The position numbers and the translations under genes are program-made. This document shows, piece by piece, positions 49,408-56,293 of a stretch of DNA of 64,000 nucleotides. How positions within the stretch are numbered: position 1 is the first letter of the stretch; every line of letters starts with the position of its first letter. The DNA lies in IMG/VR virus record IMGVR_UViG_3300006105_001031, positions 1 through 64,000 of that record. The stretch is one strand, 5' to 3'. The notes beneath the pieces were generated by a model. The model was not told where the DNA came from. It was given only the letters and a program-made list of their open reading frames with translations, and searched no databases. Origin of the DNA: an uncultured virus (IMG/VR IMGVR_UViG_3300006105_001031). Taxonomy: Duplodnaviria > Heunggongvirae > Uroviricota > Caudoviricetes.

Positions 49408-50404
49408 TAATAAAGAAAGATTTATCCGATGGTATGCGTGGTCTTTAGAGTATAAAGATTGCGATCCTGCCATTTGGATGATGAATTATCTTAATAACAG
49501 GTATGAGCATAATAGCGAAGAGAGAGTATGGCTTTGCTGGCTATATGCCAACACATATTATCTTCCTACTTCGTGGGTCCTTAAGAATGAATTTCCCGAC
49601 TACGAGCTTGCAACTGTAGACAGAATCAGTCAATGGAACACTGCAAATTATAAAAGACTCCGTTATCAAACTGATACCAAATACAACAAGGGGCATTTGC
49701 CTTCTATGTTTGAGTCCTATCAAAAGTTTGTAGGAAACTCTTCTCAAAAAGAAGTTCTAGAGAATTATTATGGGGATAATGAATCTCAGAATTTTGACAA
49801 TGTTTGGAATGTTGTAAACAAAGAGTTTCATAAGTTTGGAAGATACACTACTTGGTTTTACATGCAGTCTTTACATAGCACTGCAGGTCTTATTCTTGAA
49901 CCAACCAGCCTTATGCTTTCTGACTATTCTGGCAGTCGTTCTCACCGTAATGGCTTTTTGCTGGCGCTTGATCGATCAGATTGGATTGATACTAAGTTGA
50001 CACAAAAAGAATATTCATATTTAGAAGCAGAAGCAAAAGATATTCTTGTTGAAATCAAAACTAGATTTCCGCATCTAGCATCAGAAGCTAACTACTATAC
50101 TATGGAAACTTGCCTTTGTTCTTTTAAGAAAATCTTTAGAGAAAAACATGGCAGGTATTTGGGATATTATTTGGATAGGCAAGCTGAAGAAATATTTCAA
50201 CTAGAAGAAGATAACTGGCCTGGTATTGAGTGGAATGTTCTTTGGCAAGCTCGCCAAGAGTCCCTAGATAACAGACTGCTTACTAATAAGATTGATAAAA
50301 ATAAGTTTACTTCTTTTCTTAATACAGGTAAAATAGAAAAGCTGAATTGGATGTTCTCTGATGAAGGAGAAGTAAAACAAGGATTGGAGATGTTCTATGG
50401 TTAA
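49400..50404 (+). CDS. Alpha-glutamyl/putrescinyl thymine pyrophosphorylase clade 2-like (amino acid:DNA transferase, HhH-glycosylase fold)
   Basis: DCDPAIW; W.CWLY..TY; HKFGRYTTWFYMQ; GSRSHRNG; METCLCSFKK; RYLGYYLDR; adjacent to P-loop kinase. Confidence 0.75.
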   Translation: MLDNKERFIRWYAWSLEYKDCDPAIWMMNYLNNRYEHNSEERVWLCWLYANTYYLPTSWVLKNEFPDYELATVDRISQWNTANYKRLRYQTDTKYNKGHLPSMFESYQKFVGNSSQKEVLENYYGDNESQNFDNVWNVVNKEFHKFGRYTTWFYMQSLHSTAGLILEPTSLMLSDYSGSRSHRNGFLLALDRSDWIDTKLTQKEYSYLEAEAKDILVEIKTRFPHLASEANYYTMETCLCSFKKIFREKHGRYLGYYLDRQAEEIFQLEEDNWPGIEWNVLWQARQESLDNRLLTNKIDKNKFTSFLNTGKIEKLNWMFSDEGEVKQGLEMFYG

Positions 50405-50945
50405 GATTATTGCAATTGGTGGAGAGCCTGGAGCTGGCAAATCTACTCTTATGAGAAAGATAATTGATCAATATAAAATTGATGAGTTCAAAGATGATTT
50501 CAAATTGGTTCCTTACCATCAGAAAGATAATCTATATGTTCTAGGTAAATATGAAGATGATCAGGTGTTTGCTGGAACTGATAGAATGAGTATGGCGGTT
50601 CAGCCAGAAGCTATAAAATTTCTATCTTCTATTCCTGACAATTCTATTGTTTTGTTTGAAGGCGATAGGCTATTCAACAACTCTTTCTTAGAGCATTGTA
50701 ACGATAACTTCGATCTTTCTATAATTTATCTTTCTACTCAAAAGAAAGAAAGAGAATTGAGATATGAAAGTCGAGGCAGCAACCAAGATGAAACCTGGTT
50801 GCGAGGTAGAGAAACTAAGGTTGCTAATATTTTGAGTAATCTTAATCTGCTGTTTATCATAGAACACCTAGAAAATAATACGTATGATGAGCAAAATACC
50901 ATTGTGAGTTATATAAATACTGTTATACATGATGCTAATAATTGA
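50397..50945 (+). CDS. P-loop nucleotide/DNA-base kinase
   Basis: IIAIGGEPGAGKST Walker A; GTDRMSMAVQP; LFEGDRL; R...RGSNQ lid. Confidence 0.8.
   Translation: MVKIIAIGGEPGAGKSTLMRKIIDQYKIDEFKDDFKLVPYHQKDNLYVLGKYEDDQVFAGTDRMSMAVQPEAIKFLSSIPDNSIVLFEGDRLFNNSFLEHCNDNFDLSIIYLSTQKKERELRYESRGSNQDETWLRGRETKVANILSNLNLLFIIEHLENNTYDEQNTIVSYINTVIHDANN
50912..50919 (+). promoter_or_regulatory. T4-type late promoter TATAAATA inside the kinase 3' end
   Basis: Exact consensus 35 nt upstream of the next ATG (50955). Confidence 0.6.
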
Positions 50946-50954
50946 GGTTACAAT

Positions 50955-51329
50955 ATGACACCACGCATACAAGACATACAAGAAACTATAATTGAACCAA
51001 GTGCAAAATTCTATGTAAAGACTGTGCACACACAAAACTACCCAAAAATCAACTATAAGTACAACGAAGGTAAATACCTTCAAGAAATCGCCACTTACAT
51101 TGATAAGACATATGGCGAACACTATGCCCAAGGCAATATCCAATCAACTGAAATCGCTATAGACCGAGGTCGGGGTCTAGGCTTTTGCTTAGGTAACGTC
51201 GACAAGTATTCTGGTCGCTATGGCCAGAAAGGTGGAGTAGAAGATTGGCGCAAAGATTTGATGAAGGTTATTCATTATGCCATCATCGCATTACATGTAC
51301 ATGATCTAGAAAACAAGAAGGAAGTATAA
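50955..51329 (+). CDS. DUF3310-like (T7 gp1.7-like) nucleotide-metabolism protein
   Basis: YKYNE..YIDKTY.EHYA; GFCLGNVDKY..RYG.K; DLMKVIHYA. Confidence 0.7.
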   Translation: MTPRIQDIQETIIEPSAKFYVKTVHTQNYPKINYKYNEGKYLQEIATYIDKTYGEHYAQGNIQSTEIAIDRGRGLGFCLGNVDKYSGRYGQKGGVEDWRKDLMKVIHYAIIALHVHDLENKKEV

Positions 51330-51330
51330 T

Positions 51331-51966
51331 ATGACAAGCAAAAATGATTTTGCCGTGTTTGTTGCTCTGGACCGCTCAGGTTCTATGAATGGTGAACGCT
51401 GGACTACTGCTATCACCTCACTAAATGATTACATCAAGGGACTTCAGAAGGAAAAGATTGAAGGCGAAGTAACTATTGTTGCATTTGATTCCGCCTATAT
51501 TCTTCAGGGTTCTACAACTAGACTTGAAACTATTACGGAAAGTCAAAGTATTGCTTACTTTGAACCACTTCGTTATGATGTTCTGCAACCTTCTGGCGGC
51601 ACTCCTCTTTATGATGCTGCTGCTCATGTAATGGATCGCGCTCTAGAACGCAATGCAAAGCGTACTGTTGTTGTCATTCTAACTGACGGTGAAGAAAACC
51701 AGTCGCAGGAATACACTCAGGCTAAGATTAAGAATAAGGTCAAGGTTCTTCAGGAAAAGAACTGGGAAGTTATCTTCCTTGGCGCTAACTTCGATGTCAC
51801 AACTTATACCAGTGCATCAGGTCTTGCTTCGACTAAGATGCGCAATGTTGATTTTAACAACAAGTGGGCAACAGCAACTATGACTGCTGATCTCTCATCA
51901 AACACTATTGCATATGCTACCGTCGGCGCTGCAATGAATATGTCTCTCGACGTAAAGGTAAAGTAA
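51331..51966 (+). CDS. von Willebrand factor A domain protein
   Basis: MIDAS LDRSGSM; GGTPLYDA; ILTDGEEN.S.E; FLGAN. Confidence 0.9.
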   Translation: MTSKNDFAVFVALDRSGSMNGERWTTAITSLNDYIKGLQKEKIEGEVTIVAFDSAYILQGSTTRLETITESQSIAYFEPLRYDVLQPSGGTPLYDAAAHVMDRALERNAKRTVVVILTDGEENQSQEYTQAKIKNKVKVLQEKNWEVIFLGANFDVTTYTSASGLASTKMRNVDFNNKWATATMTADLSSNTIAYATVGAAMNMSLDVKVK

Positions 51967-51969
51967 ATT

Positions 51970-52932
51970 ATGGATATTAATGTTCCTATTGAAGAAATGC
52001 GTAAGCGTAAGCTATTTGTTGCTACCCCCATGTATGGTGGTATGTGCGCAGGTATGTTTGCTCGTTCATCGAATGACCTATCGGCGATGGCTGTTCACTA
52101 TGGAATCGAAGTACGATTCTATTATCTTTTCAACGAGTCGCTGATTACTCGCGCTCGTAACTATTGCGTAGACGAATTTCTTCGTTCGGACTGCACTCAC
52201 ATGCTATTCATTGACTCTGACATTGGTTTCAATGCTCAGGATGTATTTGCTATGCTTGCTCTTCAGGGTGATGATTCACCATATGACATTCTTTGCGCCC
52301 CTTATCCTAAGAAGTGCATTGCTTGGGAAAAGATCAAGACTGCAGTAGACAAGGGTATTGCAGATGAAGACCCTAACGTTCTTGAAAAGTTCGTCGGTGA
52401 CTATGTGTTTAATCCTGCTAATGGTGCTAATGAAATCCGTATCTCTGAGCCTGCAGAAGTTCTTGAAGCTGGTACTGGCTTTATGATGATCAAGCGTTCG
52501 GCGCTGGATAAGATGTCGGCTACTTACGCTGAACTTATGTACAGACCAGACCACGTTCGTACTGCTGCATTCGACGGTTCGCGTGAGATTATGTGCATGT
52601 TTGATGCTCTTATCGACAACAAGACTGCTCGAATCAACAAGGAAATTGCTGAGTTCTTCAAGAAGAATCCAAAGGCTACTCCACAGGAAGTTATGGACTT
52701 TATTGCTGACACCAAGCATTCGGCTTTTGGTCATGAATACTCGAACCGTTATCTGTCAGAAGATTATATGTTCTGTCAGTGGGCTCGTGAAGCTGGTCTG
52801 AAGGTTTGGCTTGCTCCTTGGATTGCTCTGCAGCACGTTGGTTCGTATATCTTTGCTGGTTCGTTAAACGATCTTGCTCAGGTAGGCGCAGCCGCTACTG
52901 TTGATCCCACCAAGCTGGGAAGCAAAAAGTAA
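51970..52932 (+). CDS. GT-A fold glycosyltransferase
   Basis: LFVATPMYGG; NESLITRARN; THMLFIDSDI (DxD); GTGFMMIKR; YLSEDYMFC; LQHVG. Confidence 0.8.
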   Translation: MDINVPIEEMRKRKLFVATPMYGGMCAGMFARSSNDLSAMAVHYGIEVRFYYLFNESLITRARNYCVDEFLRSDCTHMLFIDSDIGFNAQDVFAMLALQGDDSPYDILCAPYPKKCIAWEKIKTAVDKGIADEDPNVLEKFVGDYVFNPANGANEIRISEPAEVLEAGTGFMMIKRSALDKMSATYAELMYRPDHVRTAAFDGSREIMCMFDALIDNKTARINKEIAEFFKKNPKATPQEVMDFIADTKHSAFGHEYSNRYLSEDYMFCQWAREAGLKVWLAPWIALQHVGSYIFAGSLNDLAQVGAAATVDPTKLGSKK

Positions 52933-52961
52933 TTGACTTCGCAGTCAATATGTTATATAAT
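52933..52961 (+). promoter_or_regulatory. Sigma70-type promoter for gp45-44-62
   Basis: TTGACT(52933)-N17-TATAAT(52956); the -35 lies in inverted repeat ATTGACT-TCGC-AGTCAAT. Confidence 0.85.
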
Positions 52962-52988
52962 AATACTTTAATAATGAAGGAGTGAAAT

Positions 52989-53645
52989 ATGAAACTAAGT
53001 GATGCAACTGTAAGTGTTCTTAAGGAGTTTTCTAGCATTAACCCGTCTATTGCTATTCAGGCGGGTAATGTTATCAAGACTGTTTCGACGTCAAAGACTA
53101 TCGTAGCCAAGACTAGTGTTGAGGATAATTTCCCCAACAATCTGGCTCTTGCCAATCTTTCGAAATTCCTTGGTGCACTTAGCATCATGGATGAGCCTGA
53201 TTGCGATTTCAAGAATGATCGAGTTATCATTAAGGACAAGAACAAGAACGTTACTACAATTTTCTATGCTGCAGAGGACACTATTGTAGTTCCTCCTAAG
53301 AAAGATCTTGTGCTTCCTTCGCAGGATTCTGCCTTCCGTCTCTCGTCTGAAGCAATTACTAAGATTCATCGTGCTGCTTCTATTCTTCAGGTTCCTGAAA
53401 TTGTAATCATGGGAGAAGATGGTCGAGTTACTGTTAGCGCAGAAGATGTGGCCAAGCGGGGCGGCAGCGATACCTTTAAGATCGATCTTGGGGAAACTGA
53501 CTCTGAGTTTCGTGTTGTGTTTAAGGCTGACAATCTGAAGGTTCAGCCTCTTGACTATGCCGTTACGGTTTCTTCTAAGGGACTGGCATTTTTTGATAAT
53601 GATGCTCGTCAGTATTGGATTGCGACGGAAATTCGCAAGGCTTAA
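52989..53645 (+). CDS. gp45: Sliding clamp gp45
   Basis: MKLS..T..VLK.FSSINPSI; LSKFL; NLK....DY.V.VSSKG; YWIATE. Confidence 0.92.
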   Translation: MKLSDATVSVLKEFSSINPSIAIQAGNVIKTVSTSKTIVAKTSVEDNFPNNLALANLSKFLGALSIMDEPDCDFKNDRVIIKDKNKNVTTIFYAAEDTIVVPPKKDLVLPSQDSAFRLSSEAITKIHRAASILQVPEIVIMGEDGRVTVSAEDVAKRGGSDTFKIDLGETDSEFRVVFKADNLKVQPLDYAVTVSSKGLAFFDNDARQYWIATEIRKA

Positions 53646-53655
53646 TCTATCTGAT

Positions 53656-53720
53656 GTAGTGCAGGAAGACTCAGAAGCGTAGGTGCCTGCACCACCGTTG
53701 ACGCTTCTGCTTTTTATTTT
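53656..53720 (+). other. Putative structured RNA (H-type pseudoknot or attenuator-like terminator) between gp45 and gp44
   Basis: GTGCAGG(53659-65)/CCTGCAC(53686-92) and CAGAAGCGT(53672-80)/ACGCTTCTG(53701-09) are interleaved complementary pairs, followed by a T-tract. Confidence 0.6.
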
Positions 53721-53735
53721 ATTATGGAGATTATT

Positions 53736-54674
53736 ATGGACGAGTTTCTCTGGACGGAAAAGTACCGCCCTGTAAAAATTGATGATTGTATTCTTCCCAC
53801 TAGTCTCAAAAATACCTTCAAGCAGTTTGTAGAAAAGGGCGAAATCCCTAATCTGTTGCTTTCTGGTCCTCCAGGAACAGGTAAAACGACTGTAGCCAAG
53901 GCTATGCTCAAAGAACTTGATGCTGATTATATTGTAATCAATGGCTCGGATGAAGGTCGTCGTATTGACACTCTGAGAACTTATATTCGTGACTTTGCTT
54001 CGACTGTTTCTTTCACAGGTCGCCGTAAGTACGTTATCCTAGACGAAGCTGACTATTTGACTGCTGACTCTGTTCAGCCTGCACTTCGTAACTTCATTGA
54101 AGAATTTTCGTCAAATTGTGGGTTCATCCTCACCTGTAATTATAAGAATAAGCTGATTGAGCCATTGCGTTCGCGTTGTTCGACTGTTGAATTTAAGATT
54201 CAAAAGAAAGATAAGGAACAGATTTGTATTGATTTCTTCAAGCGTATTCTTGATGTTCTAAACAAAGAAGAAATTGAATACGATAAAGCTGCAGTTGCTG
54301 AACTTGTAAGCCTGCACTTTCCTGACTTTCGTAAGATCATTAACGAACTGCAGAAGTATTCGGCTACTGGTAAGATTGACACAGGTATTCTTTCCAACTT
54401 TAATACTGAGTCTTTCAAAACTATCGTTAGTTATTTGAAAGAAAAGGACTTCAATAAGATGCGGCGCTGGGTTGCTCAGAACTCTGATCTGGACTTTGCT
54501 TCCTTGCTTCGTATGCTTTATGACACTTGTTCGGACTATCTTGAAACTGATTCAGTAGCTAACTTCATTCTTGTTGCTGCTGACTATCAGTTCAAGCATG
54601 CCTTTGTTGCTAATCCTGAAATTAACACAGTCGCTTTTCTGACTGATGTTATGCTGCAGTGTTCGTTCAAATGA
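53736..54674 (+). CDS. gp44: Clamp loader large subunit gp44
   Basis: LWTEKYRP; GPPGTGKT; ILDEAD; LRSRC; FPDFRK; start ATG 53736 after GGAG. Confidence 0.95.
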   Translation: MDEFLWTEKYRPVKIDDCILPTSLKNTFKQFVEKGEIPNLLLSGPPGTGKTTVAKAMLKELDADYIVINGSDEGRRIDTLRTYIRDFASTVSFTGRRKYVILDEADYLTADSVQPALRNFIEEFSSNCGFILTCNYKNKLIEPLRSRCSTVEFKIQKKDKEQICIDFFKRILDVLNKEEIEYDKAAVAELVSLHFPDFRKIINELQKYSATGKIDTGILSNFNTESFKTIVSYLKEKDFNKMRRWVAQNSDLDFASLLRMLYDTCSDYLETDSVANFILVAADYQFKHAFVANPEINTVAFLTDVMLQCSFK

Positions 54675-55060
54675 GTAATCCTTTTGATTATGTGTTTGAT
54701 ATTTCTTCAGGTAAAAAGAATATCATAAAGAATAGTGAATCTCCGGAACAAGCAGAAAAGGATTACAATCCATATATTGTAAATAAAGCATTATCGCACT
54801 ATATTGATACAGTACATGATGCAAATGTCATGAATCTGTATCATAAACTCGATAATCGTCTCCAGTTTGACTATCTTATAAATAGTGTGAGAAGTCGGAA
54901 AAGAGCGAAAACCCAATGGTATAAGAAAGAAAAGGGTTTGAGTAATTTAGATATTGTTATGCTTACTTACGGTTATACTAAACCGAAGGCTGAAGCTGCT
55001 CTATCTATTCTGACTGAACAGCAAATAGCACTATTGAAAGCAAAACAAGAACAAAGGTGA
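54671..55060 (+). CDS. gp62: Clamp loader small subunit gp62
   Basis: NPFDY; Y.PYIVNKALS...D....AN.MN; QFDYLINSVR.RKR; YGY...KA..AL.IL. Confidence 0.9.
   Translation: MSNPFDYVFDISSGKKNIIKNSESPEQAEKDYNPYIVNKALSHYIDTVHDANVMNLYHKLDNRLQFDYLINSVRSRKRAKTQWYKKEKGLSNLDIVMLTYGYTKPKAEAALSILTEQQIALLKAKQEQR
54877..54884 (+). promoter_or_regulatory. T4-type late promoter TATAAATA inside gp62
   Basis: Exact consensus, upstream of regA and the GH19 lysin. Confidence 0.55.
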
Positions 55061-55064
55061 CGAT

Positions 55065-55460
55065 ATGAGTGACATACTAGAAACAATGGTTGAAGTTACC
55101 CTGCAAAAACCAGACGATTTCTTAAAAGTCAAAGAGACTTTAACAAGAATTGGTGTAGCTTCACGCAAAGAAAAGATACTCTATCAGTCTTGTCACATTT
55201 TGCACAAAAAAGGCAAATACTATATTGTGCACTTTAAGCAGATGTTTGTTCTTGACGGAAAGCCCACTGACTTTTCGGAAGGCGATATTGCACGCAGAAA
55301 TACAATCGCAAACCTACTGGCCGAATGGGGTCTTGTAGAGATTGTAGACAAGACCATGACTGAGGAGCCAATTGCTCCTATGAGTCAGATCAAAATTGTA
55401 TCATATAAAGAGAAAGGTGATTGGAAGTTAATTCCAAAGTATTCGATCGGAAAGAAATAA
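55065..55460 (+). CDS. regA: Translational repressor RegA
   Basis: DDFLKVKETLTRIGVAS..LYQSCHILHK.G.YYIVHFK; RRNTIA.LL.EWGL. Confidence 0.96.
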   Translation: MSDILETMVEVTLQKPDDFLKVKETLTRIGVASRKEKILYQSCHILHKKGKYYIVHFKQMFVLDGKPTDFSEGDIARRNTIANLLAEWGLVEIVDKTMTEEPIAPMSQIKIVSYKEKGDWKLIPKYSIGKK

Positions 55461-55640
55461 ATGGAACAATTAAAATGGGATGAACGCTTAGGCTACGTCC
55501 CAGTTCCTCGTGAACCCAAATGGGTTTGGGAGGTTTTTGGGGATGGTGATCTTAAGATTGAATTTATGAATAATGTTAGTCTCTACAAAAGGCTAATAAC
55601 AAAACTAACTCTTAAAAGCAAATGGACTAAATTGAGATGA
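55461..55640 (+). CDS. Hypothetical protein (59 aa, below track cutoff)
   Basis: MEQLKWDERLGY...KWTKLR* exactly fills the regA-lysin gap with an ATGA overlap. Confidence 0.55.
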   Translation: MEQLKWDERLGYVPVPREPKWVWEVFGDGDLKIEFMNNVSLYKRLITKLTLKSKWTKLR

Positions 55641-56245
55641 TAACAGCACAACATCTAGAAGAAATCTATGAAGTAAAAAGCTCAGTATTTCCTTCTTATC
55701 TTGAGCCGTTAGAAAAGACATTTGCTGAATTCAACATCAATACCGTAAATCGTAAGGCTGGATTCCTCTCCCAAATTGGAGTCGAGTCCAGCCTTTTGAC
55801 ACGTGTTATAGAAAACTTAAACTACTCTGCTCCAGGCTTGATAGCAACATTTCCTCATGTGTTTAACAAATACAATGCTGCTACATACGAGCACAAGCCA
55901 GAAAAGATAGCTAATTTGGCATATGCTAATAGATTAGGGAATGGCGGAGAGCCAACAGGCGATGGATGGAAGTATAGAGGTATGGGTCTTATTCAGCTAA
56001 CTGGAAAAGATTTACATTCTCTATTTGCAGCGTATATTAAAATGCCTCTTGATAATGTTCAAGATTATCTACAAACAAAAGAAGGCGCTGCTCGTTCTGC
56101 TGGATGGTATTGGAACTATAGAGCAATAAATCAGTATGCTGATGCTGATAATATTGAACAAATTACAGCACACGTTAATGCAGCAAAACTTGCTCTAGCG
56201 TCTAGAACGAAATATTACAACAAAGCTAAACTAGTTTTGGCTTGA
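55637..56245 (+). CDS. Glycoside hydrolase family 19 endolysin
   Basis: FLSQIGVES; ENLNYS; IANLAYANRLGNG..GDGWKYRG.GLIQLTGK; SAGWYW. Confidence 0.9.
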   Translation: MITAQHLEEIYEVKSSVFPSYLEPLEKTFAEFNINTVNRKAGFLSQIGVESSLLTRVIENLNYSAPGLIATFPHVFNKYNAATYEHKPEKIANLAYANRLGNGGEPTGDGWKYRGMGLIQLTGKDLHSLFAAYIKMPLDNVQDYLQTKEGAARSAGWYWNYRAINQYADADNIEQITAHVNAAKLALASRTKYYNKAKLVLA

Positions 56246-56270
56246 CTTCACCTGAAAAATTAGGTATACT
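56242..56270 (+). promoter_or_regulatory. Sigma70-type promoter for gp43
   Basis: TTGACT(56242)-N17-TATACT(56265). Confidence 0.82.
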
Positions 56271-56293
56271 TGTAAGAACTGAAGGAGTTCTGA

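Noticed and set aside
53651..53670. Hammerhead ribozyme core (CTGATG...GAA)
   Set aside because: Reads CTGATGT rather than CUGANGA, lacks GAAA, and the helices do not fit the hammerhead topology
53643..53736. Stop-codon readthrough from gp45 into gp44 stimulated by the pseudoknot
   Set aside because: A second in-frame stop (TGA 53652-54) follows two codons after the gp45 TAA
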